The position numbers and the translations under genes were made by a program. A model generated the notes under the pieces. The model was not told the DNA's origin, did no database searches, and was given only the letters and a program-made list of their open reading frames with translations. From Clostridia bacterium (lineage in GTDB: Bacteria; Bacillota; Clostridia; Oscillospirales; CAG-272), in assembly GCA_017621695.1 (NCBI GenBank), contig JAGASP010000070.1:126-64125 (forward strand): DNA of 64,000 nt, in the 5' to 3' direction. Of this stretch, positions 54,984 through 64,000 are shown piece by piece. Position 1 is the stretch's first letter; each line of letters begins with the position of its first letter.

Positions 54984-56303
54984 TCAGAAAATGGGATAGC
55001 CGGCCTTCTCGTGTGCCTCGATCAGCTCGTCGCACATAGCAACGATCTCATCGGTGGACAGCTCTGCTCCCGTGTGAGGCTCCATCATGGCAGCCTGGTA
55101 CAGGGTCTCGCGCTTACCGGTGTGTGCAGCCTCGATGGTCAGCATCTGAGGATAGATGTTGGAGGCGTTCATGGCGGCCAGCTGCAGGGGCAGATCACCG
55201 ACGTAGGTGGGGGTGATGCCATTGTTGTCTACGAGACAGGGCACTTCAACGCAGGCATCCCAAGGCAGGTTGGAAATGCAGCCGTGGTTGAGCACGTTAC
55301 CGCCGATCTTGTAAGGCGTGTTGGTCACGATGGCTTCCATGATGTGAGAAGCGTACTCAAGGGAGCGGGTGTGCTGGACGTTGCCGCCTGCCATCAGCTC
55401 TTCCTTCTGCTTCTGCCAGTTTGCGATCTGAGCCACGCAACGGCGAGGATACTCGTCGAGCGGAATGTTGAACTTCTCGATCAGGTCGGGACGGTTGGGC
55501 TTAATGTAGAACGCGTTGTACTCGGCGTTGTGCTCCGAGCTTTCGGTGCAGTAGTAGCCAAACTTGTCAATGTAGTCAAAACGAACCATGTCGTTATGCT
55601 TTTCGGTAGCGTTCTTCTCCTTGGCGCGACGGCGGATCTCGGGATAGAGATCGTTGCCGTTCTTGTCCTTGATCTCCAAGAGCCATGCCATATGGTTGAT
55701 ACCCGCGATCTTGGACTGAGAGCCCTCGATCAGCTCAGGCATACCCACACCGTGCAGAATGGCGGGCACGCAGACCTGTACGCTGTGGCAAAGACCCACG
55801 GTCTTGATACCCGTATGCTTTTGCATATAACCCGCAAGGATCGCCATGGGGTTGGTGTAGTTGAGGAACCATGCATCGGGGCAGACCTCTTCCATGTCAC
55901 GTGCAAAGTCCTTGAGAACGTGGATGGTTCTCATACCGCGCATGATACCGCCGATGCCCAGGGTATCGGCGATGGTCTGACGGAGACCGTACTTCTTGGG
56001 GATCTCAAAGTCAATGATGGTGCAGGGGTCGTACAGACCGACCTGGATGGCATCCACAACGAAATTCGCGCCGCGCAGAGCGTCCTTGCGCTGTTCCGCG
56101 CCAAGATACTTCTTGACGGTAGCTCTGCCCTGGTTGATGGAGTTGTTCATAGCGGTGATGAGGAGATAAGACTCCTCCAGTCTTGCGGGATCAATGTCGT
56201 ACAGTGCGATCTCCACGTCATGGAATGCGGGACACAGCATGGTGTCACCCAGAACGTTCTTGGAAAATACGGTGCTGCCTGCACCCATAAATGTTACTTT
56301 CAT
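54984..56303 (-). CDS. Glycoside hydrolase family 4 (alpha-galactosidase/alpha-glucosidase, NAD- and Mn-dependent)
   Basis: Start MKVTFMGAGST (NAD fold) with an AAAAGGAG RBS. GLCHSV motif and overall MelA/AglA-like sequence. Confidence 0.85.
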   Translation of the reverse strand: MKVTFMGAGSTVFSKNVLGDTMLCPAFHDVEIALYDIDPARLEESYLLITAMNNSINQGRATVKKYLGAEQRKDALRGANFVVDAIQVGLYDPCTIIDFEIPKKYGLRQTIADTLGIGGIMRGMRTIHVLKDFARDMEEVCPDAWFLNYTNPMAILAGYMQKHTGIKTVGLCHSVQVCVPAILHGVGMPELIEGSQSKIAGINHMAWLLEIKDKNGNDLYPEIRRRAKEKNATEKHNDMVRFDYIDKFGYYCTESSEHNAEYNAFYIKPNRPDLIEKFNIPLDEYPRRCVAQIANWQKQKEELMAGGNVQHTRSLEYASHIMEAIVTNTPYKIGGNVLNHGCISNLPWDACVEVPCLVDNNGITPTYVGDLPLQLAAMNASNIYPQMLTIEAAHTGKRETLYQAAMMEPHTGAELSTDEIVAMCDELIEAHEKAGYPIF

Positions 56304-56358
56304 AATAGCGGACTCCTTTTTTATTTTTATAATTGGCAAATGGGGTATAAAATTTGAC

Positions 56359-58053
56359 TTATCTCACGATCTCGATGCCCTGAGGCGCTTCGATCTCGAC
56401 CACGGTCTCACCGGCCGTGTTCTTATGTGCCCAGACCTTGATCTCGCCCTTGGGGGTGGGATAGGTACCCTTGGCCCAATCCAGCCATGCGAGGTCGGGC
56501 TTGACGGAGTACTTGCCGGGAGCAATGTTCTTCACACCCAGCACGTAGTTGGACAGATAGGGGCAAGGACCCGATGCCCAGCCGTGGCAGAGGGAGTGAC
56601 GGAATTTGATGTAGCAGTAGTTACCGTAATCACCGTGGATATCCACCATACCCTCGGGAACCACCTCGTCGATGCGGCCGGCATTGATCATCCAGTCGAG
56701 GTCGAAGTCCTCCCAGAAGGTGGTAGCACCCATATCCAGCATGCCGCCCCAATACTCCTTCATGTCGCGCAGAGCACCTGCGTGGTCGCCTGCCATCGCC
56801 TTGGCGGACATGATGTAATAACCCATAAAGGTAGAGTAGCCGTGACCGCCACCGGGAACAAGAACCTTCTCGTTGACCTCAACGGGATCGGAAAGCCCTG
56901 CCAGAACCATAAAGGAATTGGCCTGCTTGGCGGTGGTAGGCTCGGGCTTGTGCCCCTTCATACGCTCAGCGGATGCCTCACAAAGAGCGGCAGTTTCATC
57001 CTCGCCCAGCTCGCGGAGCAGGTAGGCGCCGTTGTCCAGAGCCAGCTTCAGAAGGCCTTGGAAGCCCACGTGCTTGGCCACGGGATCGTCGTTGGTAGGC
57101 CAGTCAAGGAGTCTGCCCTCGGGCAGGGTCTCGCCGCCGTCCTCGTCTACAAATGTGGCGAGCAGGGACATGAGGCCGCGGAGGTAGTCTCTCTGTTCCT
57201 CAAGATATGCCTTGTCACCGAAGGCGCGGTACCAGTCGCAGTGGATGAGGAGCCACCAGATGGAGTAAGCGGAAATACCGTTCATCCACGCACCCACGGG
57301 GGTCTCGTCGCGAACCACGTCCAGAGAGCGGGGGACGATCTCATTGTAACCGAAGGTTGCCAGAATGGTGTTGACCTCGGTATGCATATCACCGATCCAG
57401 ACCAGACGGTCGCGCTTGATGCCATCCCACAGATATTCCTGCATATTGACATGCGCGGTATATGCGGCGGTATTCCAGATACGGGTCAGCTTTTCATCGG
57501 AACAGGAGAAGGAACCCTTATAGTCAAGATCCAGATAGTGGACCACGCCCTGCACAGCCTTGAATTCCACGACAGCATCGTCATCAGCCAGCTCAATGCA
57601 TACGAAGCGGAAGCCCGATTCGTTGGTTTCGTTGGCAGAATAGAAGCCTACGTTCATCACGCGATCACGGATCGCATGGTCGTTGGTGGTGTTCTTGACC
57701 TTGATGGGGGTGATGGCCTCCATGACCGACTCACCGGTACGGACGATGATGTTACAGCGGGCATCGTCACCCATACCCTTGGAGCCTGCGCTCCAGATCA
57801 TGAGACGGACGGAGCCGGGGAATTCGATGCCGTAGTCCAGAACGATCTTGGCGTGAGGCTGGCCGGGCTTATTGATCAGCGCACAACGGTCACCGGGAAC
57901 CAGGGTGATCTGGTTGCTTCTCTCCTGCAGGAGGGATTCGGGATTTGTGACGTTACCCTCGGTCAAAACGACACGCTTGGGCGCGATATAACGGCGGGTT
58001 CTGGGATCTGTGATGCTGCCGTTGAGTGCTTGAAATTTTTCATTCAGTTTCAT
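56359..58053 (-). CDS. GH78-like alpha-L-rhamnosidase-family (six-hairpin) glycosidase
   Basis: WDGIKRDRLVWIGDM and SLCHGWASGP motifs are typical of the rhamnosidase catalytic domain. Start MKLNEKF with a CAGGAGAC RBS. Confidence 0.65.
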   Translation of the reverse strand: MKLNEKFQALNGSITDPRTRRYIAPKRVVLTEGNVTNPESLLQERSNQITLVPGDRCALINKPGQPHAKIVLDYGIEFPGSVRLMIWSAGSKGMGDDARCNIIVRTGESVMEAITPIKVKNTTNDHAIRDRVMNVGFYSANETNESGFRFVCIELADDDAVVEFKAVQGVVHYLDLDYKGSFSCSDEKLTRIWNTAAYTAHVNMQEYLWDGIKRDRLVWIGDMHTEVNTILATFGYNEIVPRSLDVVRDETPVGAWMNGISAYSIWWLLIHCDWYRAFGDKAYLEEQRDYLRGLMSLLATFVDEDGGETLPEGRLLDWPTNDDPVAKHVGFQGLLKLALDNGAYLLRELGEDETAALCEASAERMKGHKPEPTTAKQANSFMVLAGLSDPVEVNEKVLVPGGGHGYSTFMGYYIMSAKAMAGDHAGALRDMKEYWGGMLDMGATTFWEDFDLDWMINAGRIDEVVPEGMVDIHGDYGNYCYIKFRHSLCHGWASGPCPYLSNYVLGVKNIAPGKYSVKPDLAWLDWAKGTYPTPKGEIKVWAHKNTAGETVVEIEAPQGIEIVR

Positions 58054-58235
58054 GGCGTGGGTCTCCTGTTCATTTATTTGAATTTCTTCTTTCAAATCAG
58101 CCGATGCTTGATCGGCATTTGTACGGCAAAAAACAAATCAAAACCTCACCGTACAACTATGAATAATATACCATATTTTCCCCGTGATGTCAATATATCT
58201 GTGTGAATTTTGCCTATATTTTCGGGGGTAAGATC

Positions 58236-58267
58236 AAAGGAAAACCGCCCCGCGGCTTGCGGGGCGG
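58236..58267 (-). terminator. Rho-independent terminator
   Basis: 9-bp GC stem ccgccccgc / gcggggcgg. On the minus strand it is followed by ttttcctttg. Confidence 0.75.
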
Positions 58268-58279
58268 GCTTCATAAAAA

Positions 58280-59752
58280 TCACTCTTGTCTGAGCTTCTT
58301 CATGATCTGATCCATACGTCTGTCAAAACGCTTGGACGTACTCGCATACTTAGAAGAGAAGGAGCCGTCGGCATTGTTAACAGAGGTCTTGAACAGCTCG
58401 TAGAAGCCGAGATCGAAGTACATTGCCATATCGTATACACGGTTCTGGAAGATGATATCCAGCATCACAGGGGACTCGGGGTCACGCACGCTCTTGGTGG
58501 ACAGCATCACGTCATAGAACTTGGGCTTGACGTGCTGATAGGAGAGGATGGCATACATCTGAATGATGTCGCCGACCAGCTCCGCATCCTTGTCGGAGAC
58601 GGCGGAGGTCACGGACAGGGCGGAACCGCTGTCGTGTGTCCATGTGCGATAGTTAGCCTGTGCCTTGTCGTACTTCGGAACGGGGAGCACACCGTAGTCA
58701 CCGTCCATCTCACGGTTGAGCGCCGTCAGATTCTGGGCAACCTCACCGAAGAACAGACCGCGGCCTTCCTTAAAGGCATCGAGACCCAGACCCTCCTGAC
58801 CGGGAGGAGACATAAAGGAGGCGTTGTTTTCGTGATAGATCTTGGTAGCCAGCTCCAGAACGTTGGTTGCCTTTTCCATCTTACCGCTGTCAAGGAAGAG
58901 CGTAGGCTCGGCAGACTGGCGGTCGTTCAGAACGTAGCGAAGGTCACAGCCCATAAAGAAGGTGTTACCGTACTCCCATGTTGTCAGGAAGCCGTAAGTA
59001 TCCTTTTCATTCCAGACACCGTCACCGTTATCGGCGGATACGCCCTGGATCACGGTATTGAAGTAATCCAGCGTCCAATCGCCGTTTTGAACAGTCTCAT
59101 AGGGGTTGGGCACGGTATTGGCGTGCTCGTCGCGGAGCTGCTTGTTGAAGATCAGAACGTAGGTTACGTTATCATCTGCAAAGTTATGTGCACCGTTCAT
59201 GAAGAACACCTGACCCTCCAGAGCAAAGTCTGCCGTACCGGTATCCCACCAGGAGTACTCCAGGTCAACACCCATGGAAATATAGTCACGGAGATAGCCG
59301 CCGGTTGCAAAGGTGGCAGAATCTCTGACACTTGCCGTGATGAGCTGGAAGTCACCCGACGCAGTCGCCGCCTCGTTGGTAACCGCCTGCTGCATGGCAG
59401 CATCAGGATTTGCAATATGGTTGAATACCAGCTTGCACTTCTCCTCCAGGAGCGTATTTCTTTCATATACGGCGTCATTAAGGAGCTGGTCACCGCCATT
59501 TTCCTTATCGACGACCTTGTTTTCACCCCAGATCTCGTTTTCGAATCTTTCGGCGTGCATGATGGTAAACTCATTTCCGCCATAGTCAATCTCATCCAAA
59601 GAATCCAAGGCTATATCTACCTCACTCCGGGTTTCGCCCTCGCTGACAGCCTCATCACCCTTCTTGGAACCGTCTCCTTCTTTGTCATCGCCGCCCTCGG
59701 TGTTGACACCGCAAGCGGTGAATGCGGAGACAAGCATAAGGATCGAAAGCAT
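58280..59752 (-). CDS. ABC-transporter extracellular solute-binding lipoprotein (5' end apparently frameshifted)
   Basis: Lipobox FTAC right after the annotated start MLSILMLVSAFTAC. About 490 aa and paralogous to 60823-62370. The expected basic n-region MKK... lies in another frame at 59793. Confidence 0.65.
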   Translation of the reverse strand: MLSILMLVSAFTACGVNTEGGDDKEGDGSKKGDEAVSEGETRSEVDIALDSLDEIDYGGNEFTIMHAERFENEIWGENKVVDKENGGDQLLNDAVYERNTLLEEKCKLVFNHIANPDAAMQQAVTNEAATASGDFQLITASVRDSATFATGGYLRDYISMGVDLEYSWWDTGTADFALEGQVFFMNGAHNFADDNVTYVLIFNKQLRDEHANTVPNPYETVQNGDWTLDYFNTVIQGVSADNGDGVWNEKDTYGFLTTWEYGNTFFMGCDLRYVLNDRQSAEPTLFLDSGKMEKATNVLELATKIYHENNASFMSPPGQEGLGLDAFKEGRGLFFGEVAQNLTALNREMDGDYGVLPVPKYDKAQANYRTWTHDSGSALSVTSAVSDKDAELVGDIIQMYAILSYQHVKPKFYDVMLSTKSVRDPESPVMLDIIFQNRVYDMAMYFDLGFYELFKTSVNNADGSFSSKYASTSKRFDRRMDQIMKKLRQE

Positions 59753-59980
59753 CAGGGAAAGCAGCTTGATGATTGCTTGTTTCGTTTCTTCATTTTCCTT
59801 TCCGAAATTTGATCAAAGATCATATCTAAGATAGATCTGCCTACGAGCAAATATATCTTATCATACACACCATTATAAAGGATTTGCGAAACGAAGTCAA
59901 GAGAAGAAAAGGCCATGCGCCGAATTTCGGCGCATGGCACAATTCAGTCCTGTCGGGCTTAGCAAAATTGACGAACGAAC

Positions 59981-60784
59981 TCAGCACAGCATCGGCGTTT
60001 CGGACGTTACAAAGGGAACGTAGGTAAACGCATCGGTATTGTGGCGGATGATATAGTCGATATAGGACGCGATCTGCTCAGCGGTGAGACGGTAACCCAG
60101 CGCATTCATATGGCCGTGGAGATAGAAGCGCTTGGTAAATTCTTCGTCGTGGACAGGCGCGTATGCGCGGAGATCCACAACGTATGTGTCCGAAAAATAG
60201 GCGGCAAGCTCATGGAGGCGGGCTGCGTGGGCATCCCCTACCTCAGCCATCTCGGGGTTGGATTCATACAAAACCTGATGCGGCATGGTAACCAGGAAGA
60301 ATTTCGCACCCGGCACCATCTTCTGATAGGTCTGGATGATGCGGGCATAGTATCCCGTAAATGTCTTGGCGTTTTGGGTGGGATCGTCGGGGTTGATATC
60401 GGACATCTCTCCGAGGGGCTGACGTGCGCCGATGAGATCATTGACACCCAGCGCAATGATATACGCCTGCGCCTTTTTGTCGGGATTCCAGAAGTCCATG
60501 GCCTCGGCAAAGCTGTCGCAGTATTCCGACGCAGTCATACCGCCGCGGGAGAAATTATACACCTTGCTCCCCGCCATGCGGCCGATGAACTGACCCCAGG
60601 AGTATTCAAACATATCGTAGTAGTGGCGCACGCCCGTGGCTTCGTCCAGAGTTTCAAATTCGCCGGAGGACAGACTGTCACCGACACAGGCGATGGTACG
60701 GAAAATGCTGACGAAGCCGCCGTCACGGCAGATGTTATCCAGCGGCTTTTCATTCGGGTTGAAATAAAGGTCATTGATGTTCAT
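59981..60784 (-). CDS. SGNH/GDSL-family esterase
   Basis: Block I VGDSLSSGE and block III GVNDL. AAAAGGAG RBS. Confidence 0.8.
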   Translation of the reverse strand: MNINDLYFNPNEKPLDNICRDGGFVSIFRTIACVGDSLSSGEFETLDEATGVRHYYDMFEYSWGQFIGRMAGSKVYNFSRGGMTASEYCDSFAEAMDFWNPDKKAQAYIIALGVNDLIGARQPLGEMSDINPDDPTQNAKTFTGYYARIIQTYQKMVPGAKFFLVTMPHQVLYESNPEMAEVGDAHAARLHELAAYFSDTYVVDLRAYAPVHDEEFTKRFYLHGHMNALGYRLTAEQIASYIDYIIRHNTDAFTYVPFVTSETPMLC

Positions 60785-60822
60785 GACAATTCTCCTTTTT
60801 CAGATTTTCAGATGCAATCGGG

Positions 60823-62370
60823 TCAATTAAAATTTTCAAACAGTTTATCCAACCGCTTCTGCGCGAATCTCTGGTTTGACTTATACTTACTGGCAAGCGT
60901 CACGTTACCGGAGGCAATACACGACGGCAGCATATCAAACAACATAAGCTCGGAATGATAGATCGCCAGATCGTAGACGCGGTTTTTGAATATCATCGAA
61001 AGCATGGAAGCATCGTTTTTGTTGAACTCGCCGTTATGGGTCGTCAGCTCACGGATATACATGGGCGCTACCAGCTTGTAGGAAAGCACCGTGTAGGTTT
61101 CCAGTACACCGGCAAGCTGTTGGCTTCCGACCTTATCCGTCGCGGAAAGCGGGATGCTCAGGGTAGAGCCCATATGGTGTGTCCACGTCGTATACTGCTC
61201 TTGATCCTTACTGTACTTCGGGATAGGAAGAATGCCATAGTCGCCGTTGGTATACTGCCCCAAGGTGCGGAGATAGCTGAGGTTCTCGCAGTAGAACAGC
61301 GCACGGCCATCCATAAACATCTGGAGTGAATTTGCTTCCTCGCCCTGCTCCGCCAGATATGTCGAGCTGCCATGCACCATATTGACCAAGACATCCGCAA
61401 GCTCAAGACCTGTCTCCAACGCAAACTGCAGCTCCGGAACAGTGACGTTTCTGCTACTGTCGATAAACTTGCAGCCCGCGCCGAAATAGAAGGAATTCAA
61501 GCAGTTGTAATCGGTCGCAAAGCCGTAGGTGTCATATTCATCCCAATAGCCGTCACCGTTATCTCTGCTCATGTTGTCAGAGAAAGTCCGAAGCGCATCC
61601 AACGTCCATTCGCCATCCTGAACCATCGTATAAAGATCAGGCACCCCGCATTCCCGTTGCAGATCTCGGTTATACATCATTACGTAAGTCAACTCTTTGT
61701 CCGCAATACCGTAGCTACCGTTCATAAAATAGGTGTGTCCGCCCAAAGAGAAATCCAGCGTTCCCTGATCCCACCAGTTCTTTTGGTAATCGATATCCAG
61801 CGCGGAAAAATCCTGCAGCCAGCCATCCAGCGCCATGACCGTGGTATAGGCGAGCGGCGCGGTGATCAGTTGAAAGTCCCCCGTTGCCGACGTGACTTCA
61901 AGCTTTACGGTCTCCGTTATTCCGAAAGAGGGGACAGGGAGCAAAGCGAGCTGTAGCTTGCAGCGCTCCTCAAGAGCTACGTTTCTCTCATAAACGGCAT
62001 CGCTCAACTTGCTCACTTCGGAAGGATTTGCGTTCAGCTCTTCAGCGTATCCGGGATAATCATTCATATACAGCACCGTAAATTCACCGCCGCCATAGTT
62101 TATGCCGCTCAGTCTGTCCAGCGCCTCATCCGCAGAATTTTTGTTTTCTCCGGGAGCCGTGGTTCCAAATTCTCCCGTTTCGTTTTCACCCACCGTATCG
62201 GAAGGATCCTCCGAGGTTTCCTTCGGACGCTTCGTGCGTTTTTCCTCTTTTTCGTCGTCCTCATCTTCTTCGACCTCAGAGCCGTCAAAAGAGAGCTCAC
62301 AGGCCGTCAAAGCGCCGAGCGTCATCAGCAGGGCCAGCAAAAGGCATAAAAATCGTTTGAGTTTCATCAT
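60823..62370 (-). CDS. ABC-transporter extracellular solute-binding lipoprotein
   Basis: MMKLKRFLCLLLALLMTLGALTAC lipobox signal peptide, an acidic linker, and paralogy to 58280-59752. Confidence 0.7.
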   Translation of the reverse strand: MMKLKRFLCLLLALLMTLGALTACELSFDGSEVEEDEDDEKEEKRTKRPKETSEDPSDTVGENETGEFGTTAPGENKNSADEALDRLSGINYGGGEFTVLYMNDYPGYAEELNANPSEVSKLSDAVYERNVALEERCKLQLALLPVPSFGITETVKLEVTSATGDFQLITAPLAYTTVMALDGWLQDFSALDIDYQKNWWDQGTLDFSLGGHTYFMNGSYGIADKELTYVMMYNRDLQRECGVPDLYTMVQDGEWTLDALRTFSDNMSRDNGDGYWDEYDTYGFATDYNCLNSFYFGAGCKFIDSSRNVTVPELQFALETGLELADVLVNMVHGSSTYLAEQGEEANSLQMFMDGRALFYCENLSYLRTLGQYTNGDYGILPIPKYSKDQEQYTTWTHHMGSTLSIPLSATDKVGSQQLAGVLETYTVLSYKLVAPMYIRELTTHNGEFNKNDASMLSMIFKNRVYDLAIYHSELMLFDMLPSCIASGNVTLASKYKSNQRFAQKRLDKLFENFN

Positions 62371-62392
62371 ATATCTCCTTTCAATGTTGTCT

Positions 62393-63688
62393 TTATTGTT
62401 CCTGATAATCGTCGGGTACGCGCATGGATCTTCCGTTGTTTTTCAAAGAAATATTGCTTGCAAAGTCCTTGGCGGCGGTGAAGGCTGCACGGATCTCCTC
62501 AACCGAGCCCGCCGTCACGAGATAGCTGTATTCGATGGGGGTAAAGGGCTTGATGCGCACGGCCACCAGCGGTGCGACATAGTTGCAGGAGGGACTCAGG
62601 GGGTCGGGAGAATGATCGTACATATGCCGTCCGCCCGTGTAGTAGTCGGTATTGGGGACGTAAAGACCCAGACCGTAGTCGGCATCGGTATTCGTCCATG
62701 CACACCAGGTTTCGGTGTTGCTCTCACGGATGTGGAAAGCGGAATCCCGCGCGTATTTGGGATCTCCCCAGAATTTCAGGTCGGTGCGCACAGAGAGCGC
62801 GTCCCCCGTCCAGGGCTTGGTGCCGCCGTACCAGGTAAAACGGTCAAGACAGCTCACGGTGTAGAATGCCGGCACCTCCTGCGCGGTACAGGGATGCAGC
62901 CAACCCGAAAAATCGGTAAAGCGGTTATCCACACGGATATAGTCCCCGTCCAGCGTGTAGGTGTTTTCCATATAGCTGGGGGTAATACGGCCATTCATGG
63001 ACCAGTCCTGGGGCTGAGACTTGATATATACGGCGTGCTCCTTGACCACAATGTCAATGATGCGGCTGTGGTTGTTGTGCTGGTCGCCGCCCTGCACGGG
63101 GTTATAGACCCAACGGCTGTTGTTGAAGACCTCGGGCTGATAGTCTCCGTGTGCGCCGATGCCATAGTAGGATTGCTGAATGAGGCGTCCCGTATCAAAC
63201 TGGTTGATGATGTTCTTGACCTTAGGAAGGCGGCTCTTAAAATCCTCGATGTAATTGACACCGCCGCCCCAGTTCATGCGGATCCCCAGCTTGTAGCGTT
63301 CGTTTGCGAGGTAGTAGGTATTGTCGGCGGTATTGTATACGGGATAGATCTCAAAATCCAGCTTTTCCACCGTCAGCGTAACGGCCTCGGGTGTCTCAAA
63401 GGTATCGGGATTGGCGCCTGTCATCACGGGGATGGACTCGAAGATCATCGCCGTGGGGGATGTAGCGTTGATCTCCTTGAGGTAATCCAGAATCACGCAG
63501 GAAAACACGTGGCTGCCGGGCTCAAGGAAAAACGGATCGCGGATCTCTTCTCCGTTGGCGGTATACACCAAGCTGCCTCGAAGGGCATGCGAGGCGGTAT
63601 AGGTCAAGATAAAGCGATTGAAGGAGCAGCCCTCCTTGCCGTCAAGGGGCAAGAGCAGGCGCTCCGAAAAAACAGTTTCTTTCAGCAT
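62393..63688 (-). CDS. Hypothetical cytoplasmic protein in the carbohydrate cluster (no family recognised)
   Basis: 431-aa ORF with an AAAGGAGAC RBS. No signal peptide. Trp/Tyr-rich. Confidence 0.6.
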   Translation of the reverse strand: MLKETVFSERLLLPLDGKEGCSFNRFILTYTASHALRGSLVYTANGEEIRDPFFLEPGSHVFSCVILDYLKEINATSPTAMIFESIPVMTGANPDTFETPEAVTLTVEKLDFEIYPVYNTADNTYYLANERYKLGIRMNWGGGVNYIEDFKSRLPKVKNIINQFDTGRLIQQSYYGIGAHGDYQPEVFNNSRWVYNPVQGGDQHNNHSRIIDIVVKEHAVYIKSQPQDWSMNGRITPSYMENTYTLDGDYIRVDNRFTDFSGWLHPCTAQEVPAFYTVSCLDRFTWYGGTKPWTGDALSVRTDLKFWGDPKYARDSAFHIRESNTETWCAWTNTDADYGLGLYVPNTDYYTGGRHMYDHSPDPLSPSCNYVAPLVAVRIKPFTPIEYSYLVTAGSVEEIRAAFTAAKDFASNISLKNNGRSMRVPDDYQEQ

Positions 63689-63722
63689 GATTGGGTCTCC
63701 TTTGTGGGGGTGAATTGCAAAT

Positions 63723-64000
63723 TTATTTTTCCCATCGGTAGCCCTTGCCGCGCTCGGTGGTGATCAAGCGGCGGCCCAGGGGCTTTTCGATCTTTTGACG
63801 CAAATGGTAAATGTAGACCTCCAACGTATTGGCCGTCGGGGTGTCATTTTCGGCCGCCTCCAACGCTTCGCGCAAGACGGCCTTGGGAACCAGCGCTCCG
63901 CGGTGCTCCCACAAGCAACGGAAAAGCGCCCGCTCCCGCGGGGTCAGCGGAATGTCCACGTCCTGATAGCGAACGCCGTTCTCGGTCAACGTCCATGGGG
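63723..64000 (-). CDS. OmpR/PhoB-type response regulator (C-terminal winged-helix domain; N-terminus beyond the window)
   Basis: IPLTPRERALFRCL ... LEVYIYHLRQKI ... ITTERGKGYRW. The reading frame stays open to position 64000. Confidence 0.8.
   Translation of the reverse strand, partial: PWTLTENGVRYQDVDIPLTPRERALFRCLWEHRGALVPKAVLREALEAAENDTPTANTLEVYIYHLRQKIEKPLGRRLITTERGKGYRWEK

Overview
GC-rich Firmicutes/Clostridia-type chromosome segment (AGGAGG ribosome-binding sites, lipobox lipoproteins, glgB-glgC-glgD-glgA); the taxon call is low confidence. Contents: (1) 1.8-11.3 kb holds three ECF-type sigma factor genes, each overlapping (ATGA) a single-pass membrane protein; two of these carry BspA-type leucine-rich-repeat ectodomains. 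(2) 11.8-27.8 kb is one plus-strand gene string for a glycyl-radical-enzyme bacterial microcompartment (BMC) of the fucose/rhamnose (GRM5-like) kind: ackA, class II aldolase, CoA-acylating aldehyde dehydrogenase, Zn-type alcohol dehydrogenase, four BMC-H, PduL, BMC-P, PduS-like, BMC-T, glycyl radical enzyme (GRE), activase, PduU/EutS-type shell protein and PduV/EutP GTPase. Its last two cistrons, just before the only strong terminator, are a ParA-type ATPase and an overlapping gene for an Ala/Lys/Pro-rich disordered basic protein. I read this pair as a candidate McdAB-like positioning module for a metabolosome, and it is the top finding. (3) 27.9-31.7 kb holds three lipoproteins, one glycoside-hydrolase-like. 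(4) The glycogen operon. (5) An FAD-dependent gene bracketed by two arrays of ~133-bp tandem palindromic repeats. (6) Housekeeping genes: M55 peptidase, MutS-related ATPase, HAD, nitroreductase, two GtrA-like, cysS. (7) 47.8-63.7 kb is a minus-strand carbohydrate-utilisation cluster (GH4, GH78-like, SGNH esterase, two solute-binding lipoproteins, surface-anchored proteins), ending in an OmpR-type regulator truncated by the window edge. Intergenic DNA is saturated with at least three families of short palindromic repeats. I saw no rRNA, tRNA, CRISPR, transposase or integrase. Product names come from motif recognition by eye, not database searches. Coordinates of small non-coding features may be off by 1-3 nt.
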